Positions 1 to 8,611 of a stretch of DNA of 30,505 bases are shown here, in pieces. The notes beneath the pieces were generated by a model. That model did not search any database. It had not been told where the DNA came from and saw only the letters and a program-made list of their open reading frames with translations. How positions within the stretch are numbered: the stretch's first letter is position 1; each line of letters starts with the position of its first letter. Position numbers and translations under genes: made by a program. Source of the DNA: a virus (Duplodnaviria; Caudoviricetes); IMG/VR virus record IMGVR_UViG_3300043932_000276, positions 1 through 30,505 of that record, one strand, 5' to 3'.

Positions 1-1
1 T

Positions 2-127
2 TGGGCCAAACTTCCTTATGAGGTGCTTGCGCGCATCTCAGCTCGTATCGTCGATGAGGTCGAAGGGGTTAATCGAGTAGTTTATGATGTGACCTCAAAG
101 CCACCTGCGACTATTGAGTGGGAATAA
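2..127 (+). CDS. guaA: GMP synthase, 3' end (partial, host gene)
   Basis: Frame from nt 2 reads [41 protein letters not shown], the canonical GuaA C-terminus. Confidence 0.97.
   Translation, partial: WAKLPYEVLARISARIVDEVEGVNRVVYDVTSKPPATIEWE
115..123 (+). repeat. attL core TGAGTGGGA
   Basis: Lies in the guaA terminal codons and is identical to 30413-30421 (TA[T/C]TGAGTGGGA, 11/12 match). Confidence 0.85.
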
Positions 128-246
128 TTTTCGGGCTTTTACAGTCCGCAACGCTTTGCTACAAAAGGCAACATTTCCGCAGGTCAGATAGGTTGAGAAG
201 AGTTTTGAGAAGCAACGCTTCGCAACGCTCCAAAACGCTTGGTTCG

Positions 247-274
247 GGATTATTAGTGGCAGAATTAGTGGCAG
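247..274 (+). promoter_or_regulatory. Probable integrase arm-type sites, left (tandem ATTAGTGGCAG)
   Basis: GGATTATTAGTGGCAGAATTAGTGGCAG is nearly identical to 30325-30351; both copies lie inside the att cores. Confidence 0.7.
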
Positions 275-325
275 GGTCGGAGCGGACGGACTGAAACGCT
301 TCTAGCACAGAGTGACACAGAGACG

Positions 326-367
326 GTGGCGCGGCTTCCCCGAGGGAGTCGCGCCACTTTCATTTTT
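326..367 (+). terminator. Intrinsic terminator blocking guaA read-through
   Basis: Hairpin GTGGCGCGGCTTCCC-CGA-GGGAGTCGCGCCAC followed by TTTCATTTTT. Confidence 0.75.
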
Positions 368-540
368 GATTGGCTGGGGTATGGGCCCGCCCTCGCAGAG
401 GAGGCCGCACAGGGGGAGGGGGTGCTGCACACCCCCTCGCGCGCAGGGGACGCGCGCTCACCCCCTTGCTGCCCTGCGGCGGACGTGCGGTGAAGGGGCA
501 CACCGCACGCCCGCCGCAGGGAGTCGGAGGATTCCGAAGC

Positions 541-651
541 TCAACGTCCCCCACTGGCTGCCCACAGCAGGAGCGCTAGGGGAGCGACGAGCGCGCAGAG
601 GGCGGCGGCAACGAGCATGGCCACCGCCCAGGAAAGCTCGTCCCGCGTCAC
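541..651 (-). CDS. 36-aa hydrophobic membrane peptide
   Basis: The GTG start overlaps the endolysin TGA (GTGA). MTRDELSWAVAMLVAAALCALVAPLALLLWAASGGR contains one TM helix. Confidence 0.5.
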   Translation of the reverse strand: MTRDELSWAVAMLVAAALCALVAPLALLLWAASGGR

Positions 652-1466
652 GACAGGAGCTCGTTCACCCGTCGCTGAACTGCCGCGTAGTTCGCGCCGA
701 GGCGCCGCCTGCGCTCCTCTCCGTTTCCGTAGTCGCCCCTGATTACCGCACGTGCGAGGGCGTCCACGTCCACGACCTGGGAACGCGGCCTCGCGCCGGC
801 ACCCAGGATCTCGTTCACGCGTGCTTGGACGCGGTCGTAGCTCGCGCCGAGCGCCTTGCGGCGGTCGTCGCCGTTGCCGTATTTGCCGGCGATCACCTCG
901 CGGGCGAGGGCGTCGATGTCGGGGGAGGGCACGGTCGGTGCGGGGCTCGCGGAGGCTGCGCCGCCGGAGCCCATGCGGTCGTACCACAGCTGGGCGCGCC
1001 CGATGTAGGCGCCCCTCTGCGAGCCGTAGATCTGGCCCGGACAACTCGTGCTCGCGAAGTGGCTGTGGGGGAACACGTTGACGTTCCATTCCGGCCGGCC
1101 GAGCCCGTAGAGCCTGCAGAGCGCGGCCACAAGGTGGGCGCCGTTGTCGAGGCAGGCCTCCGAGATCGTGCCGTCCGAGCGGTTGGCGTGCTCGATGCCG
1201 ATGGACCTCAGGTTCTCCGCCCAGAGGCCGGCGTGCCAGGCGGTGTCGCGGTCCCACACCAGCTGGCCAATGCGCCCGGAGCTCTCGACCTGGTAGTGGG
1301 CGGACGCTTTGCGCGTCTGCCACCAGTTCCACACGTCTTCGATGGAGCCGTCCGCGTCGTTGTAGTGTACGACGACGTGCTGGATCCTCGCGCCGCTGCG
1401 GCCATGGCTGAAGTGCTTGTTCATGAGCCTCACGACGTCGGCTTCGCAGCGTGCCCAGTCCCTCAT
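648..1466 (-). CDS. Endolysin: Amidase_2 N-acetylmuramoyl-L-alanine amidase with two CW_7 (Cpl-7) repeats
   Basis: VVHYN..SAHY..AWHAG..SIGIEH..PHSH..CPG amidase motifs, plus two DALAR.VI.G.YGNG..RR..LGA.Y..VQ.RVNE repeats. Confidence 0.93.
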   Translation of the reverse strand: MRDWARCEADVVRLMNKHFSHGRSGARIQHVVVHYNDADGSIEDVWNWWQTRKASAHYQVESSGRIGQLVWDRDTAWHAGLWAENLRSIGIEHANRSDGTISEACLDNGAHLVAALCRLYGLGRPEWNVNVFPHSHFASTSCPGQIYGSQRGAYIGRAQLWYDRMGSGGAASASPAPTVPSPDIDALAREVIAGKYGNGDDRRKALGASYDRVQARVNEILGAGARPRSQVVDVDALARAVIRGDYGNGEERRRRLGANYAAVQRRVNELLS

Positions 1467-1702
1467 CGCGCATCACCCCGCTCGATTTCGGGCGCGTCCT
1501 CGTCGACGCGCTTGCCTATCTCCGCCATCACCGGCGAGAGCACCGCCATCACCAGGGCAACCACGAGCGCCCTCCACTCCGTCGGGAGCGTGGTCGCCCC
1601 CACCAGCATGTCCAGGTTCGCCACGACGACGCCCAGGACGCCCTGGACCACCGTGCGCGCGAGACGCCAGTACCACTCGTTTCCGCCTAGGAAATCAGCC
1701 AT
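1463..1702 (-). CDS. Putative holin (79 aa)
   Basis: MADFLGGNEWYWRLARTVVQG... has two TM segments and overlaps the endolysin start. Confidence 0.75.
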   Translation of the reverse strand: MADFLGGNEWYWRLARTVVQGVLGVVVANLDMLVGATTLPTEWRALVVALVMAVLSPVMAEIGKRVDEDAPEIERGDAR

Positions 1703-1922
1703 CCCTGTCCGCCTTCCTCTCGAGGCCGTCGACGTCGTTTCTGAGGAGCGCCACGTCCCGCTCGAGCTGGTACGTGCGCTCGACGAGGCAGTTGTGCTTC
1801 TCGACCCTGCGCGTGAGCTCGTCAATCTTCTGCTCCGTCACCGCGCGCGACTTCGAGTTGCTGACGATGACGCCGGCAAGCGTCATGCCGCCGGATATGA
1901 GCGCCACGAAAACCGACTCCAA
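1695..1922 (-). CDS. Holin-like/lysis accessory protein (N-terminal TM + coiled coil)
   Basis: TTG start with a GAGGAG RBS. A TM helix is followed by ..IDELTRRVEKHN.LVERTYQLE; it is the first gene of the lysis cassette. Confidence 0.7.
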   Translation of the reverse strand: MESVFVALISGGMTLAGVIVSNSKSRAVTEQKIDELTRRVEKHNCLVERTYQLERDVALLRNDVDGLERKADRDG

Positions 1923-1957
1923 GCGAGGCTCCTCTCGACGACGTCCTGTCGCGCACC

Positions 1958-1976
1958 ATGGTCCCAGGAGGTCACA
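1958..1976 (-). promoter_or_regulatory. Putative late promoter for the lysis cassette
   Basis: TGTGAC-CTCCTGG-GACCAT matches the motif shared by four late modules. Confidence 0.65.
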
Positions 1977-1986
1977 ACCGGGGGGA

Positions 1987-3360
1987 CTATCCCGCGGTCA
2001 GGTAGCCTGCCTGTCCGGCGCGGTCGATTACGGCCATGTTCGCGCCCGTCTTGGTCGAGGAGAACTTCGTGCCGTTGCCGCCCACGAGGAGGGTGTCGCC
2101 GTAGAAGACGTTCGCGCTCGAGGCCAGGGGAGACGGCAGCGCCCAGCTGTCGGACACCAGGATGGTCGTGAGCGCGCTCATGCCCGCGAAGGCGTTGGCC
2201 CAGCGTGTGCAGGTCGAGGGCGAGAGCCCGCGCAGGTCAAGCGTCTTGAGGTTCACCGAGCCGTTGAAGAGGAACTCGGCGCTCACGGGATGGAGGTTCC
2301 CCCAGCCGGAGAAGCTCATGGCGTTGGACTTCGTGTTGTAGAACCAGTAGTCGATGCAGAGGTTGTCGACCGTGGACAGCCCGCTGCCAAAGAAGACGTA
2401 CGCCACTTTGTCGCGGAAGTCGTGCCACGGCATGGAGCCGAGAGCGTTGTAGCGCGCGTTCACGCAGAGGGAGCCGGATGCCATGAGGTCGGGCGTCGCA
2501 CTCTCCCAGCTCGTGTCGATCACGAGCTTTCCGTTCGAATAGAGTCGGGCCTGCGCCCACTGGCGGGCGTCGTCTCCGTCGCAGACGAGCAGCCCGTTGG
2601 CGCCGGTCGTGAACGCCGACGCCCCCGACGTGTCCTTCGCCACAGCGAGATGGCCGCCGACGAGCTTGCGGCAGCCGTAGAACGGGATGCTCGCGCTCGC
2701 GATCGCGGGGCTGTGCGGCGCGTCGCACGAGATGGACCTCAGCTCGGAGTCGCCAGAGAACGCCTGGTTCGCCTTCGTCACCCCCGTGATGCGGTTGAAG
2801 CCCGTCACGCTCGTGAGCGCCGTCATCCCCTGGAACCAGTGGGAGATGTCGGGGAAGCTGACCTTTCCGAGGGACTCGTCGACGCGCACGGACCGGATCT
2901 GCTCGCGGCAGTCGTGCCAGGGCACGTCGGTGTCCCTGGCGTAGCCGGTGGGGGAGAGCTCCCACGACTGCTCGACGTCGTCGCCGAAGTAGGTCTGGGG
3001 ACCGTCGAGGTAGTTAAGCTCGAGGTTCCTCCCGCCGTTGTAGAGGACGGCGCGCGGCTTGAGACCCGTGTCCCAGGAGAGGTCGCGGATCGCCTGGGCC
3101 ATCTCGCCGGGGCGGTACTTCGTGGCGAGGCCGTTCTGGCCTCGTATCGCCCCGGCGATTGACGAGAAGACCGAGTCGGACACGACCCCGCTGCCGCCTC
3201 CCAGGGCGCGTGTCGTGCCCTTGCCCGACTTCGTTCCGTCGAGTGCCGCTATTGCGGCGGCCATGTCAGTCGGCTTATAGGTTGTCGCCGTGCCGTTCTG
3301 CTCGCGGATCGCGTTCGCGATGTCGCCCAGGACGGACTCGCCGATCATGCCCATACCCAT
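1987..3360 (-). CDS. Putative receptor-binding/tail fibre protein with BspA/DUF285-like repeats (457 aa)
   Basis: The ATG overlaps the upstream TGA. It has a duplicated N-terminal IA.AIR.QNG..T.Y.P..MA.AI..L unit and repeated PWHD..., WF.GM.ALT units, and is the last gene of the baseplate cluster. Confidence 0.65.
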   Translation of the reverse strand: MGMGMIGESVLGDIANAIREQNGTATTYKPTDMAAAIAALDGTKSGKGTTRALGGGSGVVSDSVFSSIAGAIRGQNGLATKYRPGEMAQAIRDLSWDTGLKPRAVLYNGGRNLELNYLDGPQTYFGDDVEQSWELSPTGYARDTDVPWHDCREQIRSVRVDESLGKVSFPDISHWFQGMTALTSVTGFNRITGVTKANQAFSGDSELRSISCDAPHSPAIASASIPFYGCRKLVGGHLAVAKDTSGASAFTTGANGLLVCDGDDARQWAQARLYSNGKLVIDTSWESATPDLMASGSLCVNARYNALGSMPWHDFRDKVAYVFFGSGLSTVDNLCIDYWFYNTKSNAMSFSGWGNLHPVSAEFLFNGSVNLKTLDLRGLSPSTCTRWANAFAGMSALTTILVSDSWALPSPLASSANVFYGDTLLVGGNGTKFSSTKTGANMAVIDRAGQAGYLTAG

Positions 3361-4523
3361 CAGTAGCTCACCCCCGAGAGGTCCGGGAACTGTGAGGAGA
3401 CCCACGCCTTCGTGGCGTACGCGGAGAGGTCGGGGGTCGCGCCGTCTGCGCCCCGCGGACCCGTGGCGCCGGTCGCGCCTGTGGCGCCGCGCTCGCCCTT
3501 GAGCCCGGAGAACGCGAACGAGAGCGTCCTGGCGGACGGCGTCCCGCCGAGCGTGACGGAGACGGCGGGCGCGCCCGTCGTGGCGTCCACGGTGGCGGAG
3601 GCGTCCGCGATCGTCGCGTCCGCACCGGCGGGTCCGGTGGCGCCCCTCGCCCCGTTCGCGCCGGCCTCGCCCCTGGGCCCCTGCGGACCCGTGGCGCCGG
3701 TCGCGCCCCGCGGCCCGGTCTCGCCGCGCTCGCCCTTGGGACCTACGAGCGCCGCGAGCTGCTCGGGCGTGAAGTCCGCGTAGGTGAACGCCTCGCCCTT
3801 GGGCCCCGTCGCGCCCGCCGGCCCCTGCGGCCCGGTCGCGCCGGCGTCGCCCTTGGAGCCGCGCAGGTCCGAAGAGCTCGAGCCGCTCGCCGAGGTCACC
3901 GTGAGGACGGTGCCCTCCCACGAGTGGGTGCAGCTCACGCCGTCACTTCCGTCCCTGCCGGCGGCGCCGGCGTCGCCCTTGGGACCCGCGGGTCCCGGCG
4001 CGCCGCGCAGCTCGCCGGCGTCGCGCGCGGCCCGCAGCTCTGCCGCGACCGCAAGGGCGTCCGCCGCCGCGTCCTCGTAGCGCTTGATGGCCTCGACGAA
4101 CAGCGTGAAGCCGTCGCGCACCGCGAGCGTCCCCACGAGGGAGGTGCCCACCTCCACGTCGAAGGCGGGCGTCGCGAGCGTCCTGTCGCTCCAGCTCAGG
4201 ACCACCTCGCACTCCACCGATCCCTCGGCGGCGCACATCGCCGCCGGCCAGAACACGCGGAAGGCACCAGAGGCGGCGTCTGCCGCCTCCATCGGCTCGC
4301 ATCCGCGCGCGTGCGTCTGGCGGTGTCGCCACAGCAGGTAGAGCCGGGTGCCGTCGCCGGAGAGGTCCAGCGGCTCGCCCCCGCGCGTCACCCGCAGCAG
4401 CATCCCTCGCCCGCGCGCGTCCTGCGGCGAGGCCGCGAGGCGCCCGGCAATCGGGCCGTCGCACGCGTCCCACGTGACCTCCGCCAGGCCGTCCGAGTCC
4501 AGCGTCTCAGTCGTCGTTGCCAT
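3360..4523 (-). CDS. BppU-like upper baseplate protein with collagen (GXY) repeats
   Basis: N-terminal Q.D..GR...L.VT.GG.PLDLSG BppU-like domain followed by three Gly-X-Y tracts. Confidence 0.78.
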   Translation of the reverse strand: MATTTETLDSDGLAEVTWDACDGPIAGRLAASPQDARGRGMLLRVTRGGEPLDLSGDGTRLYLLWRHRQTHARGCEPMEAADAASGAFRVFWPAAMCAAEGSVECEVVLSWSDRTLATPAFDVEVGTSLVGTLAVRDGFTLFVEAIKRYEDAAADALAVAAELRAARDAGELRGAPGPAGPKGDAGAAGRDGSDGVSCTHSWEGTVLTVTSASGSSSSDLRGSKGDAGATGPQGPAGATGPKGEAFTYADFTPEQLAALVGPKGERGETGPRGATGATGPQGPRGEAGANGARGATGPAGADATIADASATVDATTGAPAVSVTLGGTPSARTLSFAFSGLKGERGATGATGATGPRGADGATPDLSAYATKAWVSSQFPDLSGVSY

Positions 4524-4524
4524 G

Positions 4525-5703
4525 TCAGTACTCCTTGCCCGAGAGGTCCTCGAACGACGAGACCGCGTCCGAGGCCTTCGCCGCCGTCTCCTCGACCGCC
4601 GACACGCGCCGCACGATCTCGGCGCTCGCCTCCCACGTCGCGCGCTCGACGCTGCCCAGGGTCACGTGCACGCGGGCGCGGCCTGCGCCGAACGTGCGCA
4701 CCCTGCGCACGCAGCGCGCCGTGAGCCGCCACTCCGGCGAGCGCGAGCGGTCCACGACCGCCACGTCGTCGCCGAGGCCCACCGGGACGCCACTGTCGAG
4801 CATGGCCACGTCGCACTCGTACGAGACGCGCGGGTGGCATCGCCTGGCGAGCTCCGCCCTGGTCAGCGCCAGCAGCTCGGCGGGGTCATCGCAGTCCGGG
4901 AACACGACGTCCCCAAAGGCGTGCGTGCGTTCGCCCCGCGTGGCGTCCCAGCGGCCCCAGCGCAGGCGAGCCTCGTCGTCCCCGACCCACTTGACCGAGC
5001 CGTTCACGGACTCGAACGAGATCCGGCGGGTGTAGCCACCGGTCGCGTTGCCCTGCTCGTCCTCGATGGGGAGGCCCTTGCCCCAGCCGTAGAGCGCGGT
5101 GCACACCTCGTCCTCGAGCACGGTCCGCGTGCAGCCCGCGAGGTTCACGCCGTACGCGAAGCGCGCCCCCCTCCAGCCGCCCTGGCGGGGGAGAAGGGCG
5201 ACGGCCCGCCTCGCGACCCTGCCGCCCGCGACCTCGCACGAGCACTCGAGCTCGCCGCCCCACACCGACTCGACGCGCCGGAGAGCCGCGAGCGCGTTCG
5301 TGTGGTACAGGAGCGCCCCGCGCCTGGCGTCGCCCACGCCGACCTCGCCGGGCGACCAGCGCGTGTGTGAGAGCACCGCCGCCATCGCCTGCGCGGCGGT
5401 CCTGCTCACCAGCTGCTCCTCCTCCACGTAGTCGCGCAGGAGCTCGCAGAGCGACGACTCCGCGTACACGCGGCACGAGCCGCCCTCGGCCTCGTCGGTG
5501 CGCACGACCTCGTGCTCGCGCCAGGCGCCGGTCTCGGGGTCGCGCCACACGATCCGGTCGCCCTTGCCGGGCGCCTTCGCGCAGGCCAGCTCCAGCGTGT
5601 CCTCGCCGCCCAGCTCCTCGGCGTGCGTCACCGAGCCCAGGGTGGCGAGCACGCCCAGGCGCTCGTCCCAACGGTCGAACAGGTACAGGGTCGGAACCGC
5701 CAT
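4525..5703 (-). CDS. Tal / prophage tail endopeptidase-like baseplate hub (392 aa)
   Basis: [19 protein letters not shown]...[11 protein letters not shown]...WGGEL...RFAYGVNL...TALYGWGKG...P.VSYECDV; follows Dit. Confidence 0.85.
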   Translation of the reverse strand: MAVPTLYLFDRWDERLGVLATLGSVTHAEELGGEDTLELACAKAPGKGDRIVWRDPETGAWREHEVVRTDEAEGGSCRVYAESSLCELLRDYVEEEQLVSRTAAQAMAAVLSHTRWSPGEVGVGDARRGALLYHTNALAALRRVESVWGGELECSCEVAGGRVARRAVALLPRQGGWRGARFAYGVNLAGCTRTVLEDEVCTALYGWGKGLPIEDEQGNATGGYTRRISFESVNGSVKWVGDDEARLRWGRWDATRGERTHAFGDVVFPDCDDPAELLALTRAELARRCHPRVSYECDVAMLDSGVPVGLGDDVAVVDRSRSPEWRLTARCVRRVRTFGAGRARVHVTLGSVERATWEASAEIVRRVSAVEETAAKASDAVSSFEDLSGKEY

Positions 5704-6422
5704 CACGCCCACCTCTCCCGCCAAGAGACCAGGTGAGAAGAGCAGCCCTCGAACGCCAGCGCGGCGCGTCCCGGCGCGAGGCGGAAGAAGTCGCTCCCCA
5801 GGGTCACGTCGGCCGTCGCGTCGGCGCCGTTCACCGTTACCGTCTGCGCGCCGCAGTCGATGTGGACCAGGTCGCCCGCCGCGAGCGCGCGTGCCAGCTC
5901 GACGCGCTCCCCCGTCCCCGTGCACGCGACGGAGGCGCCCGAGCCCGCCGTGGCCGTCAGCTCCATCACCGGCCGCGTCGGCCAGGTCCCGCCCACGTCG
6001 AACGCGTCGCCCGCCGACGAGCGCTCGGCGCCGTAGGCCATGGGGTCCAGGCACAGGAACGTCACGGTCGCGGAGGCGTCCGCGAGCGGCCCCGTCCAGC
6101 CCGTGGATCCCGCGCATACGACGTCGCGCCACTCGAGCCCCGGCTCGCCCGGCACCACGAGCGTCCCGCCGCCGTCGGCGAGGAGCCATGCCCGGATCGT
6201 GCGCCGGACCCCGGCGCGCTCCGCGGCCGTGAGCGCCTCCGGGGCGTCCAGGTGCAGGCGCACCCGCAGCTCCAGCGGCTCCACGTCCGACGAGACGAGC
6301 GCGAGCCCCGGCCTTCCGGGCACCCGCGCCGTCTCCGCCGCAAGCGAGTGCGCCGCTGGCCACTCCAGCTCCGCGCTCACGTAGGGCGAGAGCGGACGGC
6401 CGCAGAACGTAAGCGAGCTCAC
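5703..6422 (-). CDS. Distal tail protein (Dit, Sipho_tail family)
   Basis: LTFCG...VPGRPG...TVTFLCLDPMAYG...GTWPTRPV...SDFFRLAPG...WRERW is a typical Dit pattern. Confidence 0.88.
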   Translation of the reverse strand: MSSLTFCGRPLSPYVSAELEWPAAHSLAAETARVPGRPGLALVSSDVEPLELRVRLHLDAPEALTAAERAGVRRTIRAWLLADGGGTLVVPGEPGLEWRDVVCAGSTGWTGPLADASATVTFLCLDPMAYGAERSSAGDAFDVGGTWPTRPVMELTATAGSGASVACTGTGERVELARALAAGDLVHIDCGAQTVTVNGADATADVTLGSDFFRLAPGRAALAFEGCSSHLVSWRERWA

Positions 6423-6595
6423 AGCTGGCCCCGAGCCCTGGCGTACGCCGTCGCCCTGCGCTGCTGCTCGCGCCCGAGGCGGTCCGCCTCGGCGGGGGCG
6501 CCGCGCCGGTCGGCCTCGCGGATGCCCTTCCGGAGCGTCTTCGCCACCACGTCGCGGTCGTCCACGCCGCGTCCTCCGCGCACCTTGTCAGCCAT
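6419..6595 (-). CDS. 58-aa protein in the tape-measure position (mini or vestigial TMP?)
   Basis: Not in the ORF track. MADKVRGGRGVDDRDVVAKTLRKGIREADRRGAPAEADRLGREQQRRATAYARARGQL* overlaps the upstream gene by 8 nt and Dit by GTGA. Confidence 0.65.
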   Translation of the reverse strand: MADKVRGGRGVDDRDVVAKTLRKGIREADRRGAPAEADRLGREQQRRATAYARARGQL

Positions 6596-7001
6596 CCTGG
6601 ACCACCACCGTCATCGTCATCCCAACGTCCCAGACCCAGCGCCCCGATCGGTCGCGCCCGTAAAGGCGCGGCAGACCCACGTCGCAGGCAACGATGCGCA
6701 TGCGCGGCGGGGCGGCGGCGTGCGCCCAGTCGATGCCCCTCAGGCCGCGCGACACCTCCCGCGCCGTCACGCGGGCGTCCGTCCTGTCGTCGCAGCACAC
6801 GTGGGCGAGAAGGGCGCGCCGCCCGCGCTCCGAGCCGTCGTCCTGCCTGCACTCGCGCTCCCAGTCGCCCATGGAGACGACGATCGGCTCCGTGCAGAGC
6901 CGGGGCGCTACGGGCGCGTCGTAGGCGTTCGCGTAGCCCAGCGAGCGCAGCGCGTCGCGCACGACGCGCGCCTCGTCGGGAACTCCCGTCGTCCAGGCCA
7001 T
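6588..7001 (-). CDS. Tail terminator / minor capsid-like neck protein (137 aa)
   Basis: Synteny, TGATG coupling and a C-terminal P.L.GRD.SGRW.W motif. Confidence 0.65.
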   Translation of the reverse strand: MAWTTGVPDEARVVRDALRSLGYANAYDAPVAPRLCTEPIVVSMGDWERECRQDDGSERGRRALLAHVCCDDRTDARVTAREVSRGLRGIDWAHAAAPPRMRIVACDVGLPRLYGRDRSGRWVWDVGMTMTVVVQDG

Positions 7002-7327
7002 CACCCGACCTCCAGCTCCCAGTGGTGCACCTGTCCGCGCACCACGCAGCACCGCCTGCACCTCAGCACGCGCATGCCGGGGAGCGACCCCACGACCACG
7101 CGGCTGCCTGCGGGCACCTCGAAGGCGTCCCGGCTGTTCACGGCGTCCACGAACACGCGGCCCGAGCGCGCCGAGTCCCTGTGCGGGTCGTCCGCGACGT
7201 CGTCTGCGAGCTCCAGGCGCACGTGGCGCACCATGCGGGCGTCCCCGTAGCCGCCCTGCCCGTCGGAGGGGAGCACGAGCATGTCGTCGGGCAGGAGCCG
7301 CCTCGGGATGGGCCTCAGGTACCTCAT
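7001..7327 (-). CDS. Head-closure / minor capsid protein (108 aa)
   Basis: MRYLRPIPRRLLPD...VFVDAVNS...VHHWELEV; ATGA-coupled; synteny. Confidence 0.7.
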   Translation of the reverse strand: MRYLRPIPRRLLPDDMLVLPSDGQGGYGDARMVRHVRLELADDVADDPHRDSARSGRVFVDAVNSRDAFEVPAGSRVVVGSLPGMRVLRCRRCCVVRGQVHHWELEVG

Positions 7328-7719
7328 GGGCAGCCCGCCCCCGAGAAGGCGAGCCCCGTGCCCGCGAGCTCGGAGAGCGCGGCCGCGCGCGCCACCTCCA
7401 GGCCGGTGGTGCCCTTCTCCATGTAGTTCGTCACCCTGAAGTCGCCTATCGCGTAGCCGCCCACGCGCCCCTCGCCGAACTCGGCGAACGCCTCGGCGGC
7501 GGCGCAGCAGGCGCGCGCCCAGGCCTCGAGGTCGGCGGTCTCCAGGCCGTCGTCCGCGGCCCCGCCGCACAGCTCGCGCACACACCTCAGAGCGGCGGGC
7601 ATGGCGTCCGAGAAGGACGCCGCGTCGAGGGAGCCGCCGTACGAGTCTCGGTAGAAGGCGAAGGAGGGGCCGGCCGCGGCGGCCCCGCCCGCGACGCCCG
7701 ATGCCTGCGGGAACCCCAT
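7324..7719 (-). CDS. Head-tail adaptor/connector
   Basis: FAFYRDSYGG...ACCAAAE...IGDFRV...LAGTGL.F.G; directly follows the capsid gene. Confidence 0.72.
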   Translation of the reverse strand: MGFPQASGVAGGAAAAGPSFAFYRDSYGGSLDAASFSDAMPAALRCVRELCGGAADDGLETADLEAWARACCAAAEAFAEFGEGRVGGYAIGDFRVTNYMEKGTTGLEVARAAALSELAGTGLAFSGAGCP

Positions 7720-7723
7720 GGCG

Positions 7724-8608
7724 CTACGCCGCCGGCGCCGCGCTCACGGCCACGCCCGCGAGCTTGTTGTCCATGAGCTCCACGATGCCGTACTTGCGGT
7801 ACTTCATCATGTAGCTATCCAGGTTCTCCAGCTCGTCCGGCGAGAAGACGCGCGAGGCGACGTGCTTGTCGAACTTGATGACCGCACTCTTCTCCACGAC
7901 CATGAAGTTGATGGCCCGTCCGTCCGTCGCCTTCGCGTAGCCGAACTTCTCCGAGTCGCCGGAGTTGAGGGCGATCTTCGTGTAGAAGCGCGCCTGCGGC
8001 ACCTCCACGACGCGGCAGAAGCGCGTGAGGACGCGGCTGCTCATGTTCGGGTTCGCGAGCGAGTAGTCGTCGAGCACGCCCTTGAGCGTCGGCGTGATGA
8101 ACAGGTAGCGCGAGCCCGGCGTCACCTGGGCCTCGTCCATCGCGTTCGTGACGGAGCGGAGGGCCGCCAGCACGTCCGTCGCCTTGGCCTTCGAGAGGTC
8201 GGCCTCGGTCACCGAGACGCCCTCGTGCGAGGCGATGGTCGCGTAGGTGAAGGCGTCGGCCTCCGGCGCCACCTGCGTGCGCTGCAGCTCGGCGCCCGCC
8301 TGCACGAAGCAGTCAAGGACGCCCGCCTCCTCGACGTCCATCACGTCGGCGAGGAGCTTGATACCGCGGTCGTAGTTGAAGGCCTTGGTCTCGTAGGCGA
8401 AGTCGATCGAGCCCGTCTTGTAGCCCACGTTGCGCGTGTAGTCGCCGAGCCCCGTCACGGATATCCTCGGGATCATGATCTCCTTCGCGTTGCGCCCCGC
8501 GCGTGCCATGCGTGCGGGCGAGTTCAGGTACGAGCTCGTCGCCTCCCGCTGGTAGACGCGGTCCAGGATGGTCGTGTAGTTCTTGATTGCTGCGATGCTG
8601 TTGGCCAT
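7724..8608 (-). CDS. Major capsid protein
   Basis: MANSI....Y...LD.VY...I.IP.I...GLGDY.R..GY..G...DRG....D.MD.EE...PE.DA pattern; follows the scaffold gene. Confidence 0.9.
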   Translation of the reverse strand: MANSIAAIKNYTTILDRVYQREATSSYLNSPARMARAGRNAKEIMIPRISVTGLGDYTRNVGYKTGSIDFAYETKAFNYDRGIKLLADVMDVEEAGVLDCFVQAGAELQRTQVAPEADAFTYATIASHEGVSVTEADLSKAKATDVLAALRSVTNAMDEAQVTPGSRYLFITPTLKGVLDDYSLANPNMSSRVLTRFCRVVEVPQARFYTKIALNSGDSEKFGYAKATDGRAINFMVVEKSAVIKFDKHVASRVFSPDELENLDSYMMKYRKYGIVELMDNKLAGVAVSAAPAA

Positions 8609-8611
8609 GCC

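Noticed and set aside
247-274. The 27/28-bp repeat shared with 30325-30351 as the att core
   Set aside because: It is internally tandem and both copies lie inside the guaA-derived TGAGTGGGA repeats. Arm-type sites fit better.
1987-3360. DGR or invertible shufflon acting on the RBP
   Set aside because: No reverse transcriptase, invertase or template repeat is seen.
3420-4000. DNA repeats in the BppU gene
   Set aside because: They are explained by collagen Gly-X-Y coding.
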